This document shows, piece by piece, positions 1 to 12,800 of a DNA stretch of 64,000 nucleotides (its first letter is position 1; each line of letters starts with the position of its first letter). A program made the translations under genes and the position numbers. The DNA comes from Strigamia acuminata (taxonomy: Eukaryota). A model generated the notes under the pieces. It was not told the DNA's origin, ran no database searches, and saw nothing but the letters and a program-made list of their open reading frames with translations. Location: NCBI GenBank assembly GCA_949358305.1, contig OX442314.1:22072001-22136000 (forward strand), given 5' to 3'.

Positions 1-594
1 GAAAAGTTTGAGGGTTTGGGATTGGAAATAGGGCGGCTTATGGTGATATCGGGCATTGTGTTTGAAGATGTTATTATACGGGAAAAAATGGTGTGGGATT
101 TAGAAATGCGGTGATTCAGTGGATGTTGATTCATTTCAATTTCCATGTTGTAGGAAGTTGGGATTTTATATTTTTTTATATTTGGGGTTATATTTTTAGG
201 GTTTTGGGTTTGTTAAGGATCTGTTGAATGTTTAATGGGTTTCTATGATTTCTGATGGATGTGAAGAATTGGGTTTGTGCGGTATCTGATGGGTTCGAAG
301 AATATTTAATGGTTTTTTTTATTTTTTTATGTGTTTGTCAAATATTTAGTGGTTTCGTATATGATTTCTTATGGATTCGTGGATTATTTAAGGGCTAAAC
401 ACGATTTTGTAGAATATTTAATAAGAGACTTTGTGCTTGGTTATTATATCATTTATAATTTATAAATAAAAATATAATAAGTTTTCAAATTTTGTGAAAT
501 AAAATTATCCCAATTTTTGCTGCACTAGGGAAAATTCCAACTTTTATGATACAGTATTTATTTTAAAATGTACAGTTGGACTCTTGTTTGCTAT

Positions 595-719
595 ACAAGT
601 ATTAATCAAGTATTATCATCTGTTGATGTCTGGTGTTTCACCTAGTGGCAAAATAAAAATTACTCACGATTTTAATTGTCAGCATAGAGTGAGGGTCCAG
701 TTTTTTGAACGCGACTGTA
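595..719. mobile_element. Tc1/mariner-like terminal fragment, copy 1 (copy 2 at ~8354-8461)
   Basis: gttgatgtctggtgttt.acctagtgg...agagtgagggtccagtttttt.gaac is shared with 8354-8461. It ends ...gactg|TA, i.e. a CAGT-type TIR with TA site. Confidence 0.6.
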
Positions 720-2889
720 CATTTATGGCAAGTGCGTAAGTAATGAATTTACGCAATTTCGACAAAGTGTGGTATGGATAATGAATCAACAAAACGTTTT
801 ATGAATTAAGTGAAATCAAATAAAATCTGTTTAATTATTTAACAAATAATTTTTTTTAATCAAAATATAATTCTTAAACGAAAAAAAAAAACAATTTTAT
901 TTGAGTCTTACTTTTTATTTATATTTCATATCTCTGAAGGTATACGTGTACACGCAGGGCAACTGTGCGATAGCACTTATCAGTGGCTGTCACTAGGTGC
1001 GTTGAAAATTGAAAAGGAGATGTGAATAGCCCTTATTTGCCTTTTGAAAAAGTGACTTCTCATTGAATATGCCTCAACTGACTTGAAAAACAGTTTATTT
1101 TGAGGGATTTTAAGTTTTAGAATAGGTAAACCTATTCAAACGAACAATTAAAAGACTTGATTTTTACAATGGAAGATGTTTTAATCAGTGATGAATACAC
1201 GATACAATCAGGTTATTAATTTTCTCTTGAAACGTCGGAGTAATTTTTCAAAAATATTTGAATAAATCTTAATCTTAGTTTTGTTTACGCACAATCAAAA
1301 TGATTTATTAAAAACTTCATACTTTTACAGACATAAAAGAAGGAAGTCTCTCTCTTTTTCTTTTTCTTTGGGTTGGGAGTGAAATTCTTACATTTTTTGT
1401 TAACACTTGAGTGCTAACACTAAAGACTGAGAGAAATGTTTTGAGTTCTGTCAAGTGGAAGACATCTACTTGTTGACAAAACTTGAGTTTCATATTTTGC
1501 TTTTTGCATTTATTTTTGGGATTGTTGATTATCATAAAGAAGGAATTTTTTTTTCATACGTTAGTATGGTGGTTGGTTGGCCTGTTTTATATATGGCATA
1601 AATGGATGGTACACTTTGCTTTTCTCGTGTGTTTTTGGGCTGATTTATTGAAGTTAAATGGATGAAGGTACAAAGATGGTAGTTTGGTTGCTTGGAAGAT
1701 TCATGAGGAGGTGAAGACTTGAATTGAAATCTTGTGATTTTGTTTTAACCGTAGGGATGGTTTTTATCAAAAGTTTTATGGTTTTTCTTCTTTTTTTGTC
1801 TTTATTGGACTTTGTACTAAATGGGTGGGCATTTTTTCAAAATGAAATAAATTGTCTTTGTAATGGAAATGGGGGTGCACGTTTATAGATGTGTTGCTTG
1901 GTTTAATCAATATTTTTTAATGTTGTATGCATTTTTCATGATTTTTTTTTTAATAAACATCTGGAAGCAGTTTGTTTAAATTAAGAATCATGGTTCGAGG
2001 GAAGAATGGGAATGAGAATTATTGTAAAAAACAAAATTAAATTTATTATTATTATTATTTATTTTTTAAATATTTTATTGAAGAAGGGTATGGGAATTTT
2101 TGAATTTGAGTTTGTTTTGTTTTGATTTGAAATTATTCCATTTGGTTTGACGTTTTCGTAAAAGATTTACTTAAATCTATGAATTGTTCATGAATGGATT
2201 TATTGAAAGAGTAATTTAATCTCTTGTGGAATATTTTTTTTTTCTTTTGCTGAAAAACACACAAGTTTATTTTGTGATACAGTTTCTGTTTCATTGTCAT
2301 AAATTTACAATTCAAGATAAGAAATAATGGATGGAATGTAGAGTTTTTGAAAAATAGAGCTACTTTCTATGTATATATATATATATACATTCAAGAATAA
2401 TCAATATAAATTTAAACATCATTTCTTGGAAATTGTGCAAGAAAAACATGGATGTCACAGGAAAGAGAAAAATCCATTTGAAACCATTAGACGTTCTGCA
2501 AAACAGAAACCCAAGAAAAATATGGTCTTGTGATGTTAATTATGGTTTAGAAATTAATTAAAATCTGAAGTTTCTGTGAAACAGAATGTTATTTTAATTG
2601 TAACACGATAGAGATAATAAATCTTCTATGAATTCATCTCCAGTTTGACTATACAGTTGCGGCTAAATTTAGATTTAAACTTGTTTGGTGGTCATTTGCT
2701 GTTTTTAAGCAGTGTTTTGGCAGATTAGGTGATTGTTAAGCTCATTAAGTAAGCTGACATTTCAATCAGCTTGCCCATTGCCTAACTGCTCGTAAGTGGC
2801 TTAAACATTAAGCATTTTCAATAAAGAATTAACACAATTTGAGATAGCACATTCATTAACAAAGCGTGTACAAAAATCATCTATATCTA

Positions 2890-3200
2890 GGAAAATATCT
2901 ATGAAAATTCGTAGTTTTTATGTTTCGCCTCCCAAATTTCCGATTTAAAAAACGAAAAGGCTCGGACTCAGAGTAGTTCTGAGCCGGAACGTGAAGTGAA
3001 GTTAGGTTGTTTGAACATGTCGGTTTGGTTGAACAAAAGCATATCGGTTTGTGATTCTGTTGGGAGTTCCGGGTAGCTTAACCGTGCAGCAAATGGGGGA
3101 TTTGGGTTCGACTACTCAGAGTCCGAGACGTTTCATTTTTTCAATGTGAAATTTGAAGGCGGGCCGCAAAGATCATGAATTTTCTGGATATATTACCAGA
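2890..3200. mobile_element. Old degenerate MITE with long imperfect inverted repeats
   Basis: ctcggactcagagtagt (~2961-2977) mirrors the sequence at ~3110-3127. Inverted similarity extends outward (aaatttc..aaaaaa.gaaa; gaaaattc.t). Boundaries are approximate. Confidence 0.55.
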
Positions 3201-6200
3201 AAGTTCCGGCATTGAAAAAATCTAATACAAAAATCACTTGTTAACACGACAAAACTCGTTTCATGACTCTTTAATGCCTAGTTCACACTTGAACCACTTA
3301 TGTAGAAGTTGCGACTTTTAGAAAGTGAATGATTCCTCCAAAGGTTATACTTTTTATCATGTCATCATGAGGGTGAGGGTCAACATGGGATTTTGCACGA
3401 AGTAATGCGACGGTGTTATGCTTAATTTCATTGAATGCACAGAGGTGACATCGCAAAACCAAATTTTACATTGGGTTTGTAGTATTCTTCCAAGATGAGA
3501 ATGGCAGAATTTACTTTTGTAAGGAATTTTGTAATATTGTTGCAGTACAGAGTATGTGCAAAAATATTTAATTAATTTGAGTTTATTAACACTTTACAAG
3601 AAACATTACATGAGTAAAAATCTCAGGGCTTGCAATTTCACAGCTAGTGAAGTGTGTGATAACACTAGGGTGTGTGACCTCATGTTAGGCATAGTTGGGA
3701 AGCAGATGGAAAGGAAAATTACATGCTATTGATTTGTACTTTAGTCTCACTAGATAAAAGCAAGCACTCTTTCAGTGTGTTGAAAAAAACCTTTAATTGA
3801 TCCCTAAGAATCCAAGTCACAGCTATTTGGAAATGTGCTGTGAAATCAATTGGGAATTGACACTATTAAGCGGATTAAATAAGCTTTTACATATGTCGAG
3901 ACGTAAAAAAGAAAGTGGTTACTTTACTATCTGTTAGTGCTGTGTCATCAAGCAGTGACCTTTGACACTGCAAACGAATTAATGTCCAACTATTTCCATC
4001 AGACTGATTACTGCAGCTGCAATAAATCATTTATTTTTTTTCCTTTTATTTCTTTTGGAGTTTGCCCTTTCTCCTCTTGTCTTTTCTTCTTGGTGAAATC
4101 AATTTGTGCTGTTGATTCTTCTGCATGCCTTGACTCCACTTCCTGGAGGAGCCGAAATTCCATGGAGAAAATTGTGGGTAAAAGCATTTAAGATTTTTTT
4201 TTTGTCTTAGGGTTTCTTGTCTTTCTCTCTCTTTTTTTCTCTCATCAGTTGTTGGTTGTCTTTTGGCCCATGAAAAGAGAGGTCTTTATGTTGTTGGAAA
4301 GCAAAGTGCCCAAGAGTTCAAAGTTGAAGACAAGCTGAAAGCATTTAGAGGCTTTTCTCAAGGGGGTCAGGACTGGTGAAGGGCTTTTCATTTAGTAAAA
4401 AGGGAGGACAAGTTAAGTAAAAAGGATTAGGCGGTTCGGTGTGAGTGAATAGTTAAAATGTTGCAGGGAGGGTTTTCGAGGTTTTTGTACAGGAAGGGAC
4501 ATAAAAAAGTGTTTAAAGCTGTAAAAGAGGCAATGAAAATAGTTTGCATAATTTAGAAATGGGTTTTAAGTTGAGTGAGTTGCCAAGAAATTGTTTTAAA
4601 GCTTCCTTATCGTTTGAATTTCAATGTTATGGCACTCATTTTATAGTATGTTGGGGGAATTATTAGAAAATTAACTACACTGGGAGGCCTTTCAACAAGC
4701 TTTTGCTGCTCGAATTACTAAGAGAAGGCAATTACTTAGAAGTTTTCTTGTTGTTGGCTAACATTAGTGTCATAGTTTTATATTTTTTTCTCTTTTTAAT
4801 CACCAGGCGCTTCTGGATGAGGTTTTATAAATGTTTAGACAATTGATCAAAGTGGATGGTCACTGGGTTTGGACTCTTGTGGTCAGCATTTTATTGTTTT
4901 TTCTATTGGTTTTTTTTTTTTTGAGTGATGGGAAAGTGAATTATATTTGTTTATAACGATTTTTGTATTTTTGTAATTTTTATTTTTTTGGGTTATTTAT
5001 TTTCTTTTATAGGTTTGATAATAAAATAAATCTTAATCCAATTTGGCTTGACAAATGTGAGTTGAATGGAAAATTGAGGAGCAAGTGGGGTTTAATTAAA
5101 AACTCGGATCTTCTGATTTTTTTTTTACCCACTCTTTTTTTTTCTTTCTTTATGGGGTTTAAAGGGGGAGGAAATTGGATTAAATTATTCATTTTGACTT
5201 TAGAGAATAAAAAAATTGAGAAAATATTTTTTTTTGTATTTATTTATTAATTATTTATTTTTAGTTTATTATTTCTAATTTTTTTTTATCTTTATTTATT
5301 AGTTATTTATTTTTTAAATTATTTTTTTTTATCTAACATATCTGCTTTTCGAACTTGGTTGCCATGACCATGTGTTGACATGGAGCCAAAGGACTTTAGA
5401 ATAGAGTGGCAACATAAAAGCCAAATCTATGGGCTAGGTCGAATAAATCTTGGCTGAAGTTAGATACCACCGCAAGGCCTATTGACCGGCCACCACAGCT
5501 TGACTACTGGTTACAGGAGTCAGATTGACAACTTTGACATGTTTATCAAAATTTCTGTGACCAGTTTGTGATAGTGTGTATATTTTTTTTTTTACTTTAA
5601 TTGAGAATGGACACTAAAAATAGCCATAAACCATTATCAAAAACTGCAAAAACAGAAACCACAACTAGAATTGTTTTTTCTCAAGCGGTTTGTGCCTGGT
5701 TTTAGTTTTTACAACCAAATTCAAAATGGCTCCCACACGAGTTAGGTCAGGGAGTCGAACTTCCAATTGTCAAAATGCTTGTAGGTGAAGCAGCTATCAC
5801 CAAGCAGAATTGTGTTGGAAGAAGTGGACCATAATTCGTTGATTGGGTGAAAATGAAGGGATTTTAATTGCCATTTACTTGTAAAACTCAACAACTAAAT
5901 AAACAGACACGAAAACGAAATTATCTCGCACATATTCGTTGTTCGGGTTCTTTTGTCTGTTGTTTGTGTGATTTGATTTATTAAACCATACGCAGACAGA
6001 CATTAATGTGATGTCTGGCTCGACTGGTTGTTACTGGTGGAAACCCCACCTCAGTAATAAATGAGATTTAAAAGTGCCGTTACTACCGAGTACCGAACAT
6101 TTTCTTAATTGGCACGAGACCTCCAACACAACAAGTGTGAATGCAGAAATTTAGAGGTTTGTTCGCATTAAGTAATGTAAACGTTGCCCAAAGCTGTAGT

Positions 6201-8353
6201 CGATTTTTATTTAGATAATGTTTACTTGTGAACAAACCAGAAATTCAATAATCTGTTGAAACAGTTAAATAATAAGTGTCAGATGGTGATGTCAATGACA
6301 CCATGAAAATTAACCTTTGGCCTTGCAAAGGGATGAAAAAATGGCAATTACAAAGTTGCACGGTTTGTTTTGTATGAAATAGTTGCTTTTTCTAGATTTT
6401 AACTATTTGTAATAACAGCAGAGATATTGAATGATGTTTAACAATTTGTTTTATTTCTGTAGTCATTGCCTTCTGAAAGAGTGATGTTAAACTGCATTAC
6501 ATTTTATCTTTAATTTCAGCCGACAAATAAAGTTAAAATCTGATAAAAGGAATTTTTCTATAGCAAACAAACCGTATGCTCTTTGTAATTGAACATTTTC
6601 TCATATCTCTAACAGTTTAAAAGTTACAAAAAGGTGGTTGACCATGATTCCAAAGTCAAGGGTCAATTTTCTTAGTTCCATTGAAATCACCACCCAACAT
6701 TTCCTATTTAACTGTTTGAACAGATTTTTGAATTTCTGGTTTGTTCTTCCGTAATTCGCTGGAACACTTTAAAGTCAACACTTTAAAGTACACCACAGTT
6801 TTTCACTAAAAAAAACTGAGCCCTTTGAATCTGTTGTAGAATTTAAATAAGTAAATTACGTGTAGAAGCGATGGAAGAGTCTTTTTTTCAAATTTGCACT
6901 GCAGCAAATGTTTTTAATGGTGAAAATGGAAGGCGTAGTCCTGATATAATAACAGCAGCCGTGGCCGGAATATGAATTAATCCAATATTCCGAGAGCAAC
7001 GAGTTGACTGCATGCCTCGTTTCATATTAACATTGGGCAGAAGAGCGGTTGGTTTTACTGTCGCAGAATGGCAATGCAATTGGTGCATTAGGAGATGAAG
7101 TTGGACTGTGTAGTTTAGTCATCTTCGGATCACCAATTGCGGCGTTTATTGCCGTTTTTAATATTTAGAAAGTCAAGAATGAAATATTACCGACCACGCC
7201 CGATTAGCATGCACCGCTGGCCTGCACCGCTGGCCTGCACCATACTTCTTTTCACCTTGACCGGAATTAAGAATCGGTTTGATGGAGCAGAAGGAAGATG
7301 GTCGTGCACAGGAATCAGCTTGCTGCAATAATTCTCGCGCCGCACATCTTCCATCTCTTTCACCAAGATCGTAATTTCCTTTCAGATGACCGTCATCCAT
7401 CAACATAGTGGACACTGGATGCCAGTAATGGCGCCGACGGACGCGGGGGAATTATAAAAGGAGTTTTTTGTTTAATACTTTGATGAAAAAAAGTTTTTTT
7501 TGATGCCATTTTAATGGGTGAAAGAGGAGGAAATGAGGAATGGAGAATCCCCTATGGATTTTGCTAGCAGGACTTTGGAAAGTCAAGTGGCAATTGATTT
7601 ATTTTTTTTCTCTCGTAATGGTAAGAATGAAATATAAGTTTTCCTCCCGTCTATATTTTCTTTTCTGGTGCACATGGTCAGCCATGCAGGGATAAAATAG
7701 ACTTGCATGAATAATAAATGCGGTAGAAAATGGAAAATGGGGGTTTGACAAATTCCTTCTTTAAAAAAGTGTTTGGTGTCGAATTTTTTTTCTTTTCTTT
7801 TCTTTTTGGGTGGGGACGCGTGGGGAATATTTTATTTGATGGTCTTGGAGTAAGAGTTGGGGTATGGCGGAGTATTACTTAGAAATCCAACTAAATGTAA
7901 ATACCGGTAAGATTCACTGAAGTGTGACAGTCATGGTATGGTAGCATTCTGCATTGTGGTGTTTCTGTAAACAGCAAACACAGAAGAGAAAATGGATGTG
8001 GGCGTGATTATTTTGGTTGAGTTTTTGTGAGTTTTACAAGATAACGGCAATTGAAATTCCTTCATTGTACGAATTACGGTCCACATCGTCTTCATTGAAT
8101 ACAATTCTGCTGGAACTCACGTTTTTTGGTAGTGGGTGCTTCACTTGGAAACATTATAACAATTGGAAGTTCGAGCTGAAGCCGGATCTAACTTGTGTGT
8201 CAGCCATTTTGAATTTGCAAACTCCACTCCTGCTGAGGCTTCTGTTTTTTTGCAGATTTTGGTGATGGTTTCCTTTATGTAACTTAGCCAACATTTCATC
8301 TATTATTAATAAATAATTTGAGATCTAACTCGTGCACTCTCGTGTATACGGAA

Positions 8354-8461
8354 TACAAGTAATATCACCCGTTGATGTCTGGTGTTTAACCTAGTGGTGA
8401 AACACAAAATTACTTACAATTTCAATTACCAGCCTAGAGTGAGGGTCCAGTTTTTTTGAAC
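8354..8461. mobile_element. Tc1/mariner-like terminal fragment, copy 2
   Basis: Diverged direct copy of 595-712; similarity stops just before the 8487 MITE. Confidence 0.55.
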
Positions 8462-8486
8462 TGGGTTGCCTAGCATTGCCTAGGCC

Positions 8487-8767
8487 GGTTATAGTCATTT
8501 TAGCGACGCTCATTTTAGCGATTTTTACCAAAAAAGTCACATTTTAGCGAACATGTCATTTTAGCGACACAAAAACCTAGGTTTTAGCGACAAGCCGGCT
8601 CAAAAAAGTAGTTTTCATCAAAAAACCAGTAAGGTTAGGTTCGCGGGGGGTCAAGGGGGGGGGGCGCAGCCCCCCCTTGTTAGCCCTTCTTAGGAATTAA
8701 ACCTAGGTTTTTGTGTCGCTAAAATGACATGTTCGCTAAAATGAAATCGCTAAAATGATGTACATCC
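8487..8767. mobile_element. Foldback-type MITE with long TIRs built of cattttagcga subrepeats
   Basis: cattttagcgaacatgtcattttagcgacacaaaaacctaggttt (~8540-8584) is mirrored at ~8699-8743. GG...CC termini; central G/C hairpin gggggggcgcagccccccc. Confidence 0.85.
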
Positions 8768-9867
8768 GCCTGCAACCTTTTAATTCTTTCGCTAATAAAA
8801 TACTTCAGTTAACTCCAAAATCCCAAGCAAGCAACGCGCTTGACAAACAATATGGATGTCTTCCCCGATGGGAAGACATATTAGTTTGTGACTGTTTTTG
8901 GTGTCCCATTCTGTTGGTAGAAATACTAAAGACTGGTAAAAACAAAGTAAAAACAAAGATTCTTTGTTTTGTTTTGTTTACAAGTGAGTAAAACCTGATT
9001 GTGCACGATGGTGAGTATATTGGCATGTTTCCAAGGGTCCATTGGTCGAAGTGTTGTCAGGTTATTGTGGTTGTTGCTTTTCATTTCTCCCCCGTAGGGG
9101 AATCCGTGACCATAATGAGCTATTGATTAAGATTGAATGAGTAAAGTTGGTGGGAAATGCGTGCACAGCAGAAAGCAAAGGTGGATCTTCAATAAAAGTG
9201 TAAAATAGAATTGATGGGGCCATTTTGATGGTGTCTTACGAGGATGTGTTGTTGGTGGAGTGAAAGAGGGAATGCAATTAAGTATTTGCCGTATTTCATC
9301 CTCCTTGTAAAACTTTGGGTGTGTAATTAAATTTTCAAAGTGCTTTCTACTAAGTCGTCTTCGCTCAACCTCTGGTTCGAGACAAGTGACAAATAGTTGC
9401 TTTCTGCTTTGCCAATTGAGTGGGTTTGAGATTAGTTCCGTTCCGTCGTTTTTCATTGATTTTTTTTTTTTTTTTTTTCTTATACACATAATTTATTCTT
9501 TTGTCTTAATTTCGAGTTAAACTGGGAGAAAGTCTATTGGAATCCAAAACAAATTATACTTTCTTTTTCTTTTTTTCTGGGGTAAATTTATTTTGTTGAT
9601 GTTGTTGGCACTAGTAATTGGCAAAAGTCAATGCTTGCTAATTGGCTTTTAGTTCGTAATTTAAGGAAAAAGTGAGAAATGTAATTAAAGAAATTTGATC
9701 GATATTTAGTTGGAGGATAGCGCCATCAGGCGACTGCCATTTACACGTAGAAATGTGAGAAATGTCCTCGTTATGAGGATTCCGCCGGGTTTAAAGGCTT
9801 AAATTGCTTAAAATGCTAATTTGAATGGGTGTAGATACTTAAAAATTGTATTTTATTTTTTTGGTAG

Positions 9868-12800
9868 GTTACGATGGCCCGTTGCAGTATTCGATGACCG
9901 GCGGAAACCCAGATGCCATGACAACAGTTCAAGTGATGCCTGCAGCGCCTGCGATGATCCAGTCACCCGTAAGTGGTGATTCGGAGGTGACATCTCAGGA
10001 GAAGAAAATGTCAGGTGGGTATTTGTGGTTTACCATTTCACTCAAGATTTCAATCAAGTTTAGGTTTAGTAAGTGCAGAGTTTGGTTTTTGTTGGCAAAA
10101 TTGATTCGTGTCAGGTTTGAAGTGAATGACTTCTTATTTATATGCAACGATTCGGGGCACGTTCTTGGCAACGCCGTCAACGGACAGATAGCAAGGGAAC
10201 TTGGGATTTTCTCGGTCATATCTTACACTCAAGATCACTTGTGCCAGTGTCTTGAATTTTTTTTTTTTTTGGGAATGGGGTTGCTTGGTTGGATGGGTGG
10301 GGAAGGGGGGGGTTGTGTTGCTCGTTTTCCTTTCCAAGTTAGGATTTACAGTTGTGTGAAGATGGTAGATGGACGTTGTTGCGGCTTTGAAGTTTCTATT
10401 TGTGGCTTTTTCTTGTCAATAATCGAACTTTTTGCAGGTTGAGTTGTAATGGGAAAAGGTAGGACTTCATCTCGCAACTGTCATGTCATTTTTCTGCGAT
10501 ATTTGTTCGGACATAAAATGATTTTTTTTTTATTTTTTTTTTATTTTAAAATTAAATTGTGGCGAAATTGAAAAATTGATTGTTTAGTGGTTTTAAAAAT
10601 GAGTATTTCGAGTTAAAAATGAAGTTAGGATTTTTGTTTTAAATTTATAAATCGTTTCAAAATTTTATTTTGGCTTTTCATGATTTGAAGTCCGAGACAA
10701 ATTGTATTGCTTAATTTAATTTGTATCCGCTCATTTTTTTTTTTGTTTTGAGTGTGGAAAAATAAAACAATCAGTTTTAGTTATTGTTAGGGGGAATAAC
10801 AAATAAATCCACTATTTCTGCCTGTTCCGCCAGACTCAGGTAGTCAATCATCACGAAGTGGAGCTCAGCACCCGATATTGAAACGTTAGCTACAGGTTTT
10901 TCCATTTTTTAAATTTGTTTTTCCTTTTTTTTTTTCGGAGAAAAAAAATGAAGGTCAATACTCGGTAACATCAGTGGATTTAACAGGTACTAACAGATGG
11001 TGAAGGGGGAAAAAATCAACTTCATAGCCGTGTTTGGTCGACCATATGGGTTGCTTGCGTGATGAAGACGAGCTGTGCTGTTGTCAAGGCAACGCATCAT
11101 TTCGGATGTGTTGTTACGGTAAACCGTGACAAACTCACGAATAATGAATGTGACAAATTGCATTTAATTGACGGAAAGTGTAAATTTGCATGGATTGGCA
11201 AAATTGTTTTAATTTAAAAAAAAATTGTGATTGATTGATGGTGGTAAGTTGATGGATGGCGAAGCGAAGCAACAGCTGCGTGGAATATTTGGCGCATTTG
11301 GGTTTGGTTATTGAAGAATTTGTATTTTTTTTTTATTTATTATAATAAGGTGACGTATTGATATCGGAATGGAGTTTTTAATATATTTGCCATTTTTGAC
11401 ATAATTATATTGACATTTTGCGCAATTTTTCAAAAACCGAGGTGCAAAATTGATATCGTGCCATTGGATAAATTCGTCCTTTACCTGACTGCAGTTAAAT
11501 GGAAAATTGTACGCATTCACGATTTTGTGGAGAATGAAATGAACTGACATTGATCATGTGCTTTGAAAGCAAAATCATGTCTTGTACTATCGGGCCAATT
11601 ATTCATTCCGCATTGAGTGCCAACCTCGAAAAGAAAATTCTTTCATCCGCGAGAAGATTCGTTGAATTGTTGACCTTTTTTCCTAACCAATCATTCACCA
11701 CTTTAAATACACTAAACTCATCGTTTCTTCCGAGTTCCGACGACAACAAACAGTCTTATTTCACCACTTGTTCGGCTTCACTGCAACGTTCCCAACAAAA
11801 TTAACCTAAAAGAATGATTTTATGGCAATCTAGGGTTTAGATTTCGATTAAAAACGACATTTTTGGTGTTTTAAAAGTGGACAACGGGATTCCACAACAG
11901 CTCAGCTCGTTTTAAAACCTTGTTAGGTTTTAATTTTAATTTTTAGTAATTTATTACGTACTGCACTAACGATATTTTTTTTTTTTTTTTTTTTTTTAAT
12001 ATGAATTAGAAACGGAACGACGAATGCAACAGTTAAACTTATCGGCGCGCATCGACTTCGACGAACTCGAAAGCCACATCTTACCAATTGAAAGGGACAA
12101 CTCGACGCATAGCTCGCCGGACCTGATCGACTCACCTGACGTGACTGCATCAAGCAAGAACCGCTTCACATCCACTTCACCGAACTCCGACAAATCGAAA
12201 CGGCCGTCTAGCAGCGTAAGGGGGGCTGAGTTTTCCTCTCCTTCATTCCACTTCCCCAAAACGATAAAGTCTAACTGTTCAGCCCTGTCCATTAATTCCA
12301 TCCACCTTCCCTACGCACTACTTCTGCCACAAAGCAAGAAAGATGAATTCGAATACCCCTCGTTTTACACAAACGCGTTCCCGCAAGTCAAAGAGCGAGA
12401 ATTTCCTGCCGCTTATTCCTCGCGCGTGTTCTCCGTGCCCTTACCTTCGTTCACCTCCGACACATTCTCGGTGACCCCCAACTGCCCTTCTAACGAACGC
12501 ACATACACAGTAATCGAGCCTCCTCCGTCCATCCTTTCGAACGCACCTTCAATCGACGGCTCGTCCGATTATAGCCCGCCAAACTGGCCCACCGTACCCT
12601 CGGAAATTTCCCAAGTCCCGTCGACCGATCATTGCTCGAGTCCTTCGTATTACCCCAGCGTGCTGACGATTGAAAAACTTATTCATCAGGAAAGCATTTT
12701 TCCTTTCGTTTCCTCCGCTGACATGGAATTCCTCTCCTGCCGCTCTTCTAGCCGGTCAAAATCATACGATTCCCACCACAAAATTACGCCCAAAGAAACT

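Noticed and set aside
4162..4177. ATG GAG AAA ATT GTG G|gtaaaa as a tubby first exon
   Set aside because: Phase fits 9868, but five codons and a weak donor are too little evidence.
7282..7370. MEQKEDGRAQESACC... as the tubby first exon
   Set aside because: The donor would be phase 2 whereas the 9868 acceptor is phase 1, and there is no similarity to tubby N-termini.
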